Below are positions 31,304 through 42,163 of a DNA stretch of 64,000 nucleotides, piece after piece. The DNA lies in the NCBI GenBank assembly GCA_963796275.1, contig CAWCKY010000006.1, forward strand, positions 2,752,001 through 2,816,000, given 5' to 3'. The DNA is from an uncultured Acidobacteriota bacterium (GTDB taxonomy: Bacteria > Acidobacteriota > Blastocatellia > RBC074). Position numbers and translations under genes: made by a program. Under the pieces are notes generated by a model that worked only from the letters and a program-made list of their open reading frames with translations, was not told the DNA's origin and searched no databases. The first letter of the stretch is position 1; every line of letters starts with the position of its first letter.

Positions 31304-31483
31304 GCGGATTGTCCTCCCTATTGTTTATTTACGTCGTTCGATCGGAGCGCAAGAAAAATTCGCGCAAAAAGTGAAAGAGTGTCCAATGACCAGGACGATT
31401 GATTTGATCAGGGGGTTACCTTTTTTTCCATCTGATGGAGCCGCGCGGCTCCGTGATAGGCTGCGACCTGCTGTAGCATCTAC

Positions 31484-31959
31484 CTATTCCCAGTCCTTCT
31501 TTAGCAGCAATTCTTCAATCCTGTAGGCATGAAACATCTCGTGCGTTCAGCAGATGCCGGAACATGATCCATACCGAATAATGACTGAATGCCTCATGCT
31601 CTGCCGTTCGCTGCCAGTCCTCCACCGATAGTTCCTTCAGCCTCTTGACCAGACCGGCTCGCTCTCTCACATACCGGTCGAGTGCTTCGTCTAAATCAAC
31701 GCTAAGTAGCGCTCCCGCTTCCTCCTCTGGAGAATTAAGGATGGACCTTATAAAAGGCGTTGGAGCAGATAACATCAAGTCGAGGCGTGCGAGGAATGGC
31801 TCCATCACCGGTGGAGAGATGACAAGCGTGTTCATGAGCGGACCATTTCGTCGGGCTGGGCCGACGCTTCAGGTACTGGGGCGGCACCTCACGAATAAGG
31901 CTAATAATAATATCAGGAGCGCTCTCTAAAGTAGCTATCAACGTTTGCGTATTATTCAT
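31484..31959 (-). pseudogene. DinB-family protein with two +1 frameshifts (cassette-like gene)
   Basis: KWSAHEHACHL, then FLARL..MLS, then after a second shift HEMFHAYRIEELLLKKDWE*; GGAGG RBS. Confidence 0.75.
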
Positions 31960-31992
31960 AATCTCCTCCGTGTTTCGTGATGCCGTTAAGCC

Positions 31993-32046
31993 GCCTAACG
32001 CTTGAGCTAAGCCGCGAGCGGCGTCGGCTTGAGCGAATTGTTAGCG
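31993..32046 (-). mobile_element. integron attC recombination site
   Basis: Minus strand CGCTAACAATTCGCTCAAGCCGACGCCGCTCGCGGCTTAGCTCAAGCGTTAGGC: AAC and GTTRRRY cores with internal arms carrying extrahelical bases. Confidence 0.8.
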
Positions 32047-32253
32047 TTCATGCGCGCGCAAAGCCGATCATAGGGGATGGCGACGACCACGCTGGCGGCG
32101 AACCAAACAGCCCAAGTGATACCGTCTCGCACGATAACGATGACGGAGAGTTGTGCGTACGCATGACGGGCTCTCTAATAGCTGTAGTTTCTTGGGGCTA
32201 AACGAATTAAATGCCGCAGAATCATCTCCATCGTTTTTCCTTTTGCGAACTCA

Positions 32254-32640
32254 TCACTGTCCCGGAGGTGGCTGCCAAAGTTCGACCTTGTTCCCCTCAG
32301 TATCCATGACCCAGCCGAACTTTCCGTATTCGGAGTCCTCCGTCTTCTCCAGGACATTGCATCCTTCGTCACGAAGCGACTGAAGCACAGCGTCCAAGTC
32401 TTCGACGCGATAGTTGACCATGAAGGTCGACTTGCTTGGTGCGAAGTGCTCACCATCGGCGGCACCGATGCACCACACGGTCGTACCCGTTGTCGGATTG
32501 CCCGCTGCATCGGTCCAGGTGAACGCGGTGCCTCCCCACTCCTGGACGTCAATGCCCAGATGCTGCTTGTACCAAGCTCGCAGTGCGACCGGGTCCTTCG
32601 CGTTGAAGAAGATTCCTCCGATACCTATGACTCTCTTCAT
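32254..32640 (-). CDS. VOC/glyoxalase family protein
   Basis: MKRVIGIGGIFF...WY..HLG...FMVNYRVEDL...YGKFGWVMDTEGNKVELWQP; GTTAGGC core 49-55 bp upstream. Confidence 0.9.
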   Translation of the reverse strand: MKRVIGIGGIFFNAKDPVALRAWYKQHLGIDVQEWGGTAFTWTDAAGNPTTGTTVWCIGAADGEHFAPSKSTFMVNYRVEDLDAVLQSLRDEGCNVLEKTEDSEYGKFGWVMDTEGNKVELWQPPPGQ

Positions 32641-32843
32641 TTGGGCCTCCTAAGTGCGGTTAAGTTAGAGCGTACTGCGTTTGTGAACGCCTAACGTATA
32701 AAAAAACTCGTGCGGAACGAATCCTGTTCGGCAAAATATTATAGGCGCTGCTTCCACTATCGTGAGACCATCTCACACATATATTTACACAATGGATCCC
32801 GGCATTTGGCGCCAACACTGAGAACTTCGAAATTGTCGGGAGG

Positions 32844-34610
32844 TTATTTTAACCAGCGGTCGAACCAGTCGAGCGTAGCCGCGCGCATCTGCGGCGTGTA
32901 AGTATGCCCGGTTTCGGGGTAGAGAACGCTTTTGAATTTTTCCGGAGCTCCGAGCGCTGAATAAACCTGACCGGCTTTCGTTTCAATCATCCTGACGCCG
33001 TCTGCGGGGGAGCCTGCGTCAAGCGCCCCGGTGAGCGCCAGGTAAGGTCGCGGCGCGATGAGCGCGACCACTCCCTCGCTGTCGAAATGACGGAGAAGCC
33101 CATTCACGAAGTAATAAACGCCATGCTGCCGAAGTTCGCCGTGACGGATCAGGTTTTCGTAGCGCGTCAGACACGCGACGCCGACGACTGCAGCGACGCG
33201 TTCATCCAGCGCGGCCAGCCACCACGCGCGTGTGCTGCCCATACTCATTCCGGTCGCGCCGATACGTCGCCGATCCACTTCCGGCCGGCTCGAAAGGTAA
33301 TCGAGCGCGATCTGGTCGTCGCGCACAAACATCCCCCACAGGGTGCGGCCCATCCACAAGTGGAACTTGAAGAGACTCTCGTGCTCGGCTCTGGTGGATT
33401 CAGCCGCGCCTGACGGCCCCGCGCCCGCGCGGTCGCCGTGCCAGTAAGCGTCGGGCGACAGCACTATATAACCTTTCCGCACGAGCGTTTCGCCAAACGC
33501 CTCGGCGCCGCCATTGGTGTTCGGCGTGATGATTTGCGTTTTGTCAGGAGTCGAGGAGTGCAGCCAGAGGACGGCCGGGGCCGGCCCCTGCAACCGCTCG
33601 GGGATGAGTGCCAGGGCCGATATTTCGCCGTCTATGCCGTTGTCAATCGCTATCTTTTCGAGCAAGTAGCCGTCACGAATCTCTCGCGTGATCCGCCGCA
33701 CACGCTGCGGCGAAGGGCGCGAAGGGAGATCGCCGAGCGATTCGCGAACGATCCGTATCACCTCAGGCCGGCGGCTCCGCCATTCCCCCTCGCTGGATGG
33801 CGCGCGAAATTCCGGGACATTGATTCGATAATTTGGCGGAACCAGCGCGTCACGTTCAACTTCAGTTTTGCGATAAGCTTCCGCGGCTTCGGCCCCCGAT
33901 TTGGGCGTAGGCAACGGTTTATACCGAAGCACGCTCAACTGCCGCAGGATGCAATCGGCGACGGCTTCGGCCAGACGTTCATAACCGGCTGGCGTGTAAT
34001 GCGTGCCGTCTTTGTCGAGCAGTTGTTCAGCGCCACCCTGCTCGACAACCCAGTGCAGATCGTGCGCGACAACACCGGCACGTTTCATCACGGCGACAGC
34101 GGCGGCGTTGTAACGCTTCACGTCGGCTTCAAAGCGATCAAATTCCGCCCCGCGTTTGGCGTGCCGGTCATCGAGGATCGGTGTCGTGCTGGCGAATACA
34201 ATGCTCGCCGATGTCTCCCGCCTGAGCCGCTCAACAATACGTCTCAGATTGACCTCGTACTGGTCCAGTGGCACCTGATGCTGTCCCGAAGATTTCCCCA
34301 GCTTCAGATCATGTAGCCCGCAGTTGAAATGGACGAGAACCGGCTTTTCGCCGATCACCCATTCGTCCAGGTTGCGGAGCACGTTAGAGCTGTCGCCGCC
34401 ATTGGCCGCCGGGCTGATGACGCGCGCCCGCCCGGCCAGCCGTTTCGCCACCAGCGGCGCGTAACCCAGGCGGATCGAATCGCCGATCAGCGCGACTTTC
34501 GGCAATTCAGCTTCGGCATCGGGGGTCTGAGCCTGCGCCGGATAGGCCGACGACAGGGCGATGAGCAGCGTAAGCGCAACCAATTCAGCAATGAGACGTC
34601 GTTTCTTCAT
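32844..34610 (-). CDS. secreted SGNH hydrolase fused to an alpha/beta hydrolase (dienelactone hydrolase/esterase-like)
   Basis: GDSI, FNCGLHD and DGTH in domain 1; GMSMG, LIAPRP and GH in domain 2. Confidence 0.85.
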   Translation of the reverse strand: MKKRRLIAELVALTLLIALSSAYPAQAQTPDAEAELPKVALIGDSIRLGYAPLVAKRLAGRARVISPAANGGDSSNVLRNLDEWVIGEKPVLVHFNCGLHDLKLGKSSGQHQVPLDQYEVNLRRIVERLRRETSASIVFASTTPILDDRHAKRGAEFDRFEADVKRYNAAAVAVMKRAGVVAHDLHWVVEQGGAEQLLDKDGTHYTPAGYERLAEAVADCILRQLSVLRYKPLPTPKSGAEAAEAYRKTEVERDALVPPNYRINVPEFRAPSSEGEWRSRRPEVIRIVRESLGDLPSRPSPQRVRRITREIRDGYLLEKIAIDNGIDGEISALALIPERLQGPAPAVLWLHSSTPDKTQIITPNTNGGAEAFGETLVRKGYIVLSPDAYWHGDRAGAGPSGAAESTRAEHESLFKFHLWMGRTLWGMFVRDDQIALDYLSSRPEVDRRRIGATGMSMGSTRAWWLAALDERVAAVVGVACLTRYENLIRHGELRQHGVYYFVNGLLRHFDSEGVVALIAPRPYLALTGALDAGSPADGVRMIETKAGQVYSALGAPEKFKSVLYPETGHTYTPQMRAATLDWFDRWLK

Positions 34611-34866
34611 GGCTTGTAGATAAGCTCCTCCGAAAAAAGCCTCGTAGTAACGAATTATGGTTTTTGGAAAATAAATGCAACAACAGCCTTACCTGTCGCT
34701 GAGCGACATTTGAGCCTAGCACGGCTTTGATGGTATTTGGAAATAAATGTAACCATCATTGTAGAACGTAAACTAAATCCTCGGGCTTTTTCAGGAAATT
34801 GAGGTTCAACATTTCTCTTCCGAAGTGTTCGGTGTATAGTGACTCCTGTCTCAACAAACAGTTTGG

Positions 34867-35065
34867 CTTCAGGTGCCCGTCGCCGTTTTCTTGACGACGG
34901 GAGAATAGGGAAGCGGGTGAAATTCCCGCACGGTCCCGCCACTGTGAAGGCCTTTTTATTCTCTCTCACCAATTGCGCCACTGCGTGAAAGCGCGGGAAG
35001 GCTTGGAGGGAAAGACACGCCGGTTATATTCGGCGTAAGGCTCAAGTCAGGAGACCTGCCTGAAG
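34867..35065 (+). promoter_or_regulatory. cobalamin riboswitch 1
   Basis: AATAGGGAAGCGGGTGAAATTCCCGCACGGTCCCGCCACTGT, GCCACTG...GGGAAGG, B12 box AAGTCAGGAGACCTGCC; P1 CTTCAGG/CCTGAAG. Confidence 0.95.
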
Positions 35066-35283
35066 TTGGATCATGTGAACTCTTCGTGGAATGGGAGAAC
35101 AACATCTTGCTGAATCTATTCTCTACCTACAATTCTAGACATCATTTCACCATAGCAGCGTCAGGCTCATCTGCCTTTGGCCGCTAAAGCTGAAAGGGCG
35201 CGTTCGTGTTGATAATCGCCCTTGTGTGTCCGGGCTTTCGCCGGACTTCATCAGGGCTATTTCTCAGCTTGGGAGGTAATGGA

Positions 35284-38200
35284 ATGATCGTCTTTATTTC
35301 CGCGGCCGCGACCGAGCGACAGATGGTCGCCGCCGCGGCAAAGGGCCTGCCGGTCGAATTCCCCACAGTGTGGGCGCTCGATAGCGGTAAACTGCAATCG
35401 GATGCCGAGATCGATAACCTGCTGGCCAACATGGGCGCGGAGCCATTTGTCTTCGTAGTCCGGGTACTAGGCGGGAAAAGTTATTTTGAGCGTGGATTTG
35501 CACGGCTGCAGTCGTTCTGCCGTGAACGAAACCGCCATTTGATCGCAATCCCCGGAGATCAGAATCCTGACGCCGAATTGGATGCTATCTCCAACGTCCC
35601 GCTAGCGGCGGCGGCGAAGGCTTTTCAATATGCTCTGTCAAGCGGCCTCGAGAATTATGGAAACCTGCTGCGATATCTGGCCGACGTCTTTCTTTCCACG
35701 GCGTTCGGCTTCGAAGGGCCCACGCCCATCCCCGGCGCGGGGCTCTACCATCCGGGCGCGAGCGACCGTGCGGTTTGCGCAAATCTGAGCCTGGCGGAAT
35801 TCAAGCGTCTTTATTGGCGCGACCAACGGCCCGCCATCGGCATTCTCTTTTACCGGGCGTACTGGCAGAGCGGGGACATGGCGGTCGTGGACGGGCTGAC
35901 GCGCGAGATCGAGGCGCGCAACTACAACGTCCTTCCCGTGTTCTGTTACAGCCTGCGCGAAGAGTCGGCAAAGGCCGTCTCCGCCAACATCTTTTCCAAA
36001 TATTTCGTGGATGACGCCGGGCCGACGGTCGATTGCGTGATCAGCCTGTTCAGTTACGCAGTGGCCGAACTCCTGCGAGAAGAGAGAACCACCACGGCCG
36101 GCGGCCAGATGGCGGACTACTTGCGGACGCTCGCCATCCCTTTCGTCCAGGGGATCACCACTTCGTTGACTGTTTCTGAATGGAAAGAAAGCGCCGCGGG
36201 GCTGCCGCCATGGGACGCGGCGACGAAAGTTGTCATGCCGGAATTCGACGGCCGCATCATCGGTCCGGTTGTCGGGTTTCGTCAGCAGGGCGAATACGGC
36301 GCCGCGAGTTCGGAAACGGAGTCTTACACGGTGATCCACACCGAGCGAGCGCGGGCATGCGTCGATTTGGCGACTCGCTACTCCACGCTTCGCCGTAAGC
36401 CGAATGCGGAAAAAAGACTCGCGCTCGTCCTGACCAATTTCGCGAATCGGCACGGGCGCATCGGGAGCGCCGTCGGATTAGATACGCCGGCCTCCGTCGT
36501 CCACTTGATGCAAGGATTGCGCGAGCGCGGGTACCACGTGGCTGATATCCCCGAAAGCGGGGACGCATTGATGGAGGAACTGATCGCCCTCGGCGGGTAC
36601 GACCGGGAGTATTTGACCGAAGAGCAGATGCGACTCTCGAAGGCGGGTTACACCGACGCGGAGTACGCAGATTGGTTCGCGCAATTTCCGGCGGAGACGC
36701 AGGCCGCACTGAAAGAAGAATGGGGCGCTCCGCCGGGCCGTGTGTTCCGGGGCGCCGATCGGATTTATATCGCGGGGAAGTTGTACGGCAACCTCTTCGT
36801 GATGATTCAGCCGCCGCGCGGGTTCGGGGAAAACCCCCTCGCCGTCTATCACAGCGGCGACCTCATCCCGACGCACCATTATCTCGGCGCCTATCACTGG
36901 CTGCGCCATGTGTTTCGGGCGGACGCACTGGTCCAATGCGGGAAACATGGGACGCTGGAATGGTTGCCGGGCAAGGGCATCGGCCTGACCGAAGGATGCT
37001 ATCCCGAACTCGCCATCGGCGACCTGCCCGTCTTCTACCCCTTCATCATCAATGATCCCGGCGAGGGGACGCAGGCGAAGCGGCGAATGCATGCCTGCAT
37101 TATCGACCACCTGATCCCACCTATGACGCAGTCGGAGACGTATGACGAGCTCGCGCGACTGCAACAACTGCTGGGAGCCTACGCCAACGCCGAGCGTATC
37201 GATCCCGACAAATTACCCCTGATTCAGCAGGAAATCTGGAACGCCGTGGTGGCCGCCAATCTCCACCAGGATTTAGGCGTCGACGCGCAGCCGGACGACG
37301 ACGCGTATGGCGAATTTATCCAGCACATTGATGGCTATCTGTGCGAGATCGGCGATCTGCAGATCCGCGATGGCCTGCACGTCCTGGGACAGATGCCCAA
37401 GGGTGAACAACTCATCAACCTGGCGCTGGCCTTAATCCGGCTCGATTCACCGGGCTTTACCGGAATCCGCCGCGCCATCGCCGAAGACTACTGTCTGGAT
37501 TACGACGCGCTGAGCGAAGTGGCCAGCCTCGGCGCCGTGTATCGTGGCGAATTCCCTCCATTTCCGTCACAAGTGGCGGACGGCGACCCGGTCCGCACGA
37601 ATGGCGATTTGCTTCTACGTCTGGAGAAGGCCGCGCGGTTACTCGTTACGCGTTTGTCGGAAACAGCATTTGCGTGGGAAGACATCGGCGCGGTTTTGGC
37701 CTACTGCAATCTGCCTTCCGAAGGTAAAACAAGCGAGACGCTCCGATGGCTGACCGAGAGAATCATTCCCGATTTGCGCCGCACGAATGAAGAGTTGCTT
37801 AACCTGTTCGACGGTTTAAGCGGCGTCGCCGTGCCCGCCGGGCCGAGCGGCGCGCCGACCCGCGGCATGACCAATATTCTTCCGACCGGGCGCAACTTTT
37901 ATTCGGTCGACGTCCGGGCGATTCCGTCGCCCTTCGCCTGGCAGGTCGGGCAGCGGCTCGGGGGCGATTTGCTGAAACAGTATCTGGAGCGCGAGGGGCG
38001 CTATCCAGAAGCCATCGGCCTCACCGTCTGGGGCACGTCCAATATGCGAACGCAAGGCGATGATATCGCGGAGATCCTATGGCTATTGGGCGTCCGCCCG
38101 ATCTGGCAGCCGGAGAACCGGCGGATCGTCGATCTGGAAGTCATCCCGCTATCTGAATTGAACCGGCCGCGAGTGGACGTCACGGTCAGGATGTCGGGCT

Positions 38201-39099
38201 TTTTCCGCGACACGTTTCCGGGGGTGGTGCGGTTGCTCGACCGGGCGATCAACATGGTCGCCGATCTGGAAGAGTCGGAAGACGAAAATTTCGTGCGCAG
38301 GCACGTCCGCCAGGACGAGGCGAAATTTACGAGAGATGGCGCGGAGCGGGCAAAAGCCAAAGCACGTTACCGGTTGTTTTCCAACAAACCGGGTTCGTAC
38401 GGCACGGGGATTTTAACGGCCATCACCGAGTCGAATTGGGAGACAAGCGACGACCTTGCGCGCATATACCTCGAGTGGGGGGGATTCGCCTACACCCGTG
38501 ACCTGTATGGCGAGCCCGCGCACGACGAATTTCAATACAGGCTCGCGGGAACGGAGATCGCGGCGCAGAACAAAGACAATTATGAGCACGACATTTTTGA
38601 CAGCGACGATTACATGCAGTTTCACGGCGGAATGATTGCAGCCATAAGATCGCTCGCCGGGTGCGATCCGATGGCTGTATTGGGCGATTCGGCGAATCCT
38701 GAAACGGCGAGGAATCGCGATGTCAGGGAAGAAGCGCGCCGTGTCTTTCGCGCCCGTGTGGCAAATCCGAAATGGCTGCGCGCGATCAGGCGACATGGCT
38801 ATAAGGGCGCGCTCGAGATGGCGGCGACGGTGGACTACCTGTTCGGCTATGACGCGACGGCGCAGGTCATTGACGACTGGATGTATCAACAGGTGGCGGA
38901 AAAGTACGTGCTCGACGAAACGAGCCGTGAGTTTTGCGAGCGTAGCAACCCGTGGGCGTTGCGGGAGATGACGGGGCGCTTGCTCGAGGCGGCTGAGCGC
39001 GGGATGTGGTCGGACCCGGACCCGGAGACGCTGGAGCACTTGAAAACGGCCTACCTCTCGAACGAAGGGCTTCTCGAAGCGAAAGGTGAGCGGCAATGA
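35284..39099 (+). CDS. cobN: cobaltochelatase subunit CobN
   Basis: PEFDGRI, GKHGTLEWLPGK, DHLIPP, LPTGRNFYS, RVDVTVRMSGFFRD, NPKW, VDYLFGYDAT; GGAGG before the ATG at 35284. Confidence 0.95.
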   Translation: MIVFISAAATERQMVAAAAKGLPVEFPTVWALDSGKLQSDAEIDNLLANMGAEPFVFVVRVLGGKSYFERGFARLQSFCRERNRHLIAIPGDQNPDAELDAISNVPLAAAAKAFQYALSSGLENYGNLLRYLADVFLSTAFGFEGPTPIPGAGLYHPGASDRAVCANLSLAEFKRLYWRDQRPAIGILFYRAYWQSGDMAVVDGLTREIEARNYNVLPVFCYSLREESAKAVSANIFSKYFVDDAGPTVDCVISLFSYAVAELLREERTTTAGGQMADYLRTLAIPFVQGITTSLTVSEWKESAAGLPPWDAATKVVMPEFDGRIIGPVVGFRQQGEYGAASSETESYTVIHTERARACVDLATRYSTLRRKPNAEKRLALVLTNFANRHGRIGSAVGLDTPASVVHLMQGLRERGYHVADIPESGDALMEELIALGGYDREYLTEEQMRLSKAGYTDAEYADWFAQFPAETQAALKEEWGAPPGRVFRGADRIYIAGKLYGNLFVMIQPPRGFGENPLAVYHSGDLIPTHHYLGAYHWLRHVFRADALVQCGKHGTLEWLPGKGIGLTEGCYPELAIGDLPVFYPFIINDPGEGTQAKRRMHACIIDHLIPPMTQSETYDELARLQQLLGAYANAERIDPDKLPLIQQEIWNAVVAANLHQDLGVDAQPDDDAYGEFIQHIDGYLCEIGDLQIRDGLHVLGQMPKGEQLINLALALIRLDSPGFTGIRRAIAEDYCLDYDALSEVASLGAVYRGEFPPFPSQVADGDPVRTNGDLLLRLEKAARLLVTRLSETAFAWEDIGAVLAYCNLPSEGKTSETLRWLTERIIPDLRRTNEELLNLFDGLSGVAVPAGPSGAPTRGMTNILPTGRNFYSVDVRAIPSPFAWQVGQRLGGDLLKQYLEREGRYPEAIGLTVWGTSNMRTQGDDIAEILWLLGVRPIWQPENRRIVDLEVIPLSELNRPRVDVTVRMSGFFRDTFPGVVRLLDRAINMVADLEESEDENFVRRHVRQDEAKFTRDGAERAKAKARYRLFSNKPGSYGTGILTAITESNWETSDDLARIYLEWGGFAYTRDLYGEPAHDEFQYRLAGTEIAAQNKDNYEHDIFDSDDYMQFHGGMIAAIRSLAGCDPMAVLGDSANPETARNRDVREEARRVFRARVANPKWLRAIRRHGYKGALEMAATVDYLFGYDATAQVIDDWMYQQVAEKYVLDETSREFCERSNPWALREMTGRLLEAAERGMWSDPDPETLEHLKTAYLSNEGLLEAKGERQ

Positions 39100-41153
39100 G
39101 CTCAGAAACCAGGATAGATGCTTTGACGGCGGCGGGCGCGGCGCATTTTCCGTTCTCCGCCATTGTCGGGCAGGACGTAATGAAACGGGCCCTGATCTTC
39201 AACGCGATCGACCCTTCCATCGGGGGAGTCCTGATCGCCGGGACGCGCGGCACGGCTAAGTCGACGGCGGCGCGCGCCATTGCGGCACTGCTTCCCAAGA
39301 TCGAGGTCGTTGACGGAGATGCGTTCAACTCCGCGCCTTCTCGCGGGGCGACGGAGAAAGTAGTTCGCGTCCCCGCGCCCTTCGTCAATTTGCCGGTCGG
39401 CGCGACGGAAGACCGTGTGCTGGGCGCGCTGGACGTCGAACGGGTCTTGCAATCGGGTGAACGGCGTTTTGAGCCCGGCCTGCTCGCCCGAGCGAATCGC
39501 GGCGTGCTCTATGTGGACGAGGTCAATCTGTTGCCGGATCATCTGGTCGACGTGCTTCTCGACACCGTCGCGATGGGCGTGAATCGAGTTGAGCGGGAGG
39601 GCGTTTCGTTTACCCATGAAGCGCGCGTCATCCTGATCGGCACGATGAACCCCGAGGAGGGAGAGCTTCGTCCCCAGCTGCTCGACCGATTCGGCCTGTC
39701 AGTCGCGATCGCCGGATATTTCGAGCCGGGGCTGCGCAAAGAAGTCGTGCGCCGTCGGATCGCGTACGAGGCCGGCCCTGACTCGTATCTTGAACACTGG
39801 AGGGCTTCGGAAAACGAGCTCTCTGCGCGCATCGATGGGGCCCGTGAGCGCCTCGACTCTGTGACGGTTCCGGATGGAGCGCTCGACGCGATTGTTGAAG
39901 CCTGCGCCGAGGCGAGGGCCGACGGCTTGCGCGCAGACATCGTAGCGTACAAAACCGCGCGCGCAGCCGCCGCGTTCGAAGGGCGCACGGAGGTAAACGC
40001 CTCTGACCTGGAAGAATCCCTGGCGCTGGCGCTCGCCCATCGCCGCCGCGCGCCGCGCGCCGCTCCCGAGTCGGGAGGCGGTTCCGAACCGCCGCCTGAC
40101 GACTCGACAGGTGAAAGGCAACGCGGCCGCAGTTCCAATCCGCAGACGTCGTCGTCGCGAAATCCTGGTTCACCTTCGGAGTCGGAAAAGACGCCCCGGC
40201 GCTTTGACCAATCACAGCAGAGTAAGGACGCGAACCAGACTCCTGGCGACGGGGCTCTGGCGGTCGGGGAGCGAGTCTTCTCCATCGGCGGCGGCTTCGA
40301 TCTGGGGCGAGTGATCTCGCGCCGCCAACCGCGCATGACCGCCACGGTCGTCGTCGGTAAAGGATCGTATGCCCCCTCGCGCAGGTCGGGACAGGTCGTG
40401 CGGTCCGTGACGCCGCGACCTTCCGAAAAGCTGGACCTGGCCATCGACGCCACGATTCGCGCCGCGGCGCTCGACGCGGTTTCCGGCGACGCGCGCAAGC
40501 CGGCGCGGTTATCGATAGGCCCCGCGCATTGGCGGCATAAACAGCGGCGGACTCGCACGCGCAATTTCGTTCTATTGCTTGTTGACGCTTCGGGGTCGAT
40601 GGCCGCGCTCGAGCGCATGCAGGCCGCAAAGGGCGCGATCTGCTCGCTGCTCGAAGACTCTTATCAACGGCGCGATGTGGTCGCGCTAATCGCCTTTCGC
40701 GGCGAGGTGGCGGAAGAACTCCTGCCGCCCACCCGCAGCCCGGTCTTCGCTTACCGTAGGCTCGCGCAACTCCCGACCGGAGGCAGAACGCCCCTGGCCG
40801 AAGGGTTGAAGCGGGCGCGCGCTGTGATTGGGCGGCAGGAGCGCAAAGGCGAACGAGTACGGCCATTTTTGGTTGTGGTTACGGACGGGCGGGCGACCTC
40901 GCCGGCAGCGGGCGCGTTCGAGGCCGCGCTGGCGGAAGCGGCGCGCCTTAGCCGGATGCAAATACGAGGCTTGTGCATCGATATGGAAGTCGGTCGGATA
41001 CGGTTCGGCATGGCGCGGGCGCTGGCGCGAGAGCTGAATGCCGCCTACGCGCATATTCATGACCTTCCGCCGAAAGATTGGGGTCAGGTGATACACGAAT
41101 GGGTCGCCGCCGAGAATCACGCTGGAGCCGCGAAAGGCACCAATAATTTCTGA
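39096..41153 (+). CDS. ChlI/ChlD-like AAA+ and VWA chelatase subunit (partner of CobN)
   Basis: FPFSAIVGQ, GTAKST, YVDEVNLL, NPEEGELRPQLLDRF, low-complexity linker, DASGSM, GGRTPL, TDGR; overlaps the cobN stop. Confidence 0.92.
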   Translation: MSSETRIDALTAAGAAHFPFSAIVGQDVMKRALIFNAIDPSIGGVLIAGTRGTAKSTAARAIAALLPKIEVVDGDAFNSAPSRGATEKVVRVPAPFVNLPVGATEDRVLGALDVERVLQSGERRFEPGLLARANRGVLYVDEVNLLPDHLVDVLLDTVAMGVNRVEREGVSFTHEARVILIGTMNPEEGELRPQLLDRFGLSVAIAGYFEPGLRKEVVRRRIAYEAGPDSYLEHWRASENELSARIDGARERLDSVTVPDGALDAIVEACAEARADGLRADIVAYKTARAAAAFEGRTEVNASDLEESLALALAHRRRAPRAAPESGGGSEPPPDDSTGERQRGRSSNPQTSSSRNPGSPSESEKTPRRFDQSQQSKDANQTPGDGALAVGERVFSIGGGFDLGRVISRRQPRMTATVVVGKGSYAPSRRSGQVVRSVTPRPSEKLDLAIDATIRAAALDAVSGDARKPARLSIGPAHWRHKQRRTRTRNFVLLLVDASGSMAALERMQAAKGAICSLLEDSYQRRDVVALIAFRGEVAEELLPPTRSPVFAYRRLAQLPTGGRTPLAEGLKRARAVIGRQERKGERVRPFLVVVTDGRATSPAAGAFEAALAEAARLSRMQIRGLCIDMEVGRIRFGMARALARELNAAYAHIHDLPPKDWGQVIHEWVAAENHAGAAKGTNNF

Positions 41154-41156
41154 CCG

Positions 41157-42161
41157 ATGTCACTTTTGATGGCCAAAATGAAAGTCGATCTGCGCGCCGG
41201 CAGGAGGGCGAGTCGACGGAGCCACGCCTGGGCTTTTCTTCTCTTTGCGATGTTGCTGATCGCGGCGTGTGGGACCCCCTCACGGCAAAACCAAACGACC
41301 GCGAGCAATGGGGCCTTCCCACGAACAGTGAAAGTGGGGGATATGGAAATCAGCATCCCGCGTAAGCCCGAGCGGATTGTTTCATTGACCCCCAGCAATG
41401 ACGAGATTCTATGCGCGCTGGTGGACGAGAAGCGTATCGCAGGCCTCTCGAAATTTTCTCAGGATCCGGCGACGAGCTATGTCGCGGAGGCGGCCCGCCG
41501 AATTAACGTCTTCGTCGACCGCAACGCCGAACAAGTCGTTTCGCTGCGGCCGGAACTGGTGCTGGCGGCGCGCTATACCAAAATCGATTTGAAGGCCTTG
41601 CTGGCGGAGACTAAGACGCCGCTCGTCGTCACGATCGAATTTCGAAACTTCGCGGACGTCGAATCCAACCTGCGCTTGATCGGCCAGGCGGTTGGAGAAG
41701 AAGGCCGCGCCGAGTCCGTGATCGGCGAGATGCGGCGTAAGTTGGCCGAAGCACGCTCCCGCCTGCGACCGGGAAGGGCAGGGCTGCGCATGCTATACCT
41801 CGCGTCGGGAAACTTCAGCGCCGGTTCCAGGACCTCGATCCACGAAATATTGGCCGCCGCCGGATTCAAAAACGCCGCGGCGGAAGCCGGGGTAAAAGGA
41901 CACGTCAAACTTGCGCCAGAACAAATCACCGAGATCGACCCGGATGTAATTTTGATCGCCTCCGGGTACGAACGCGACCGAGGCTTTCGGCAGGCGCTCG
42001 AAAACGACGCGCAGCTTTCTGCCATCAAGGCAATCAAAGACAAAAGAATTGTCGAGGTTCAGGCGCGCGGCGTGTTGACCGTCTCGCACCACGTAGCCGA
42101 CGCCGTCGCCGAGCTCATCGAAGCCCTCAATCAACTGCAAATGATTAAAGAAGGAGAATAG
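41157..42161 (+). CDS. BtuF-like substrate-binding lipoprotein (copy 1)
   Basis: LIAAC lipobox, PERIVSLTPSNDEIL, EQVVSLRPELV, IDPDVIL. Confidence 0.85.
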   Translation: MSLLMAKMKVDLRAGRRASRRSHAWAFLLFAMLLIAACGTPSRQNQTTASNGAFPRTVKVGDMEISIPRKPERIVSLTPSNDEILCALVDEKRIAGLSKFSQDPATSYVAEAARRINVFVDRNAEQVVSLRPELVLAARYTKIDLKALLAETKTPLVVTIEFRNFADVESNLRLIGQAVGEEGRAESVIGEMRRKLAEARSRLRPGRAGLRMLYLASGNFSAGSRTSIHEILAAAGFKNAAAEAGVKGHVKLAPEQITEIDPDVILIASGYERDRGFRQALENDAQLSAIKAIKDKRIVEVQARGVLTVSHHVADAVAELIEALNQLQMIKEGE

Positions 42162-42163
42162 CC

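Noticed and set aside
39096-41153. Magnesium chelatase as evidence of phototrophy
   Set aside because: It is coupled to cobN under a B12 riboswitch, and ChlI/D-type subunits are known substitutes for CobST; no bch genes are in the window.
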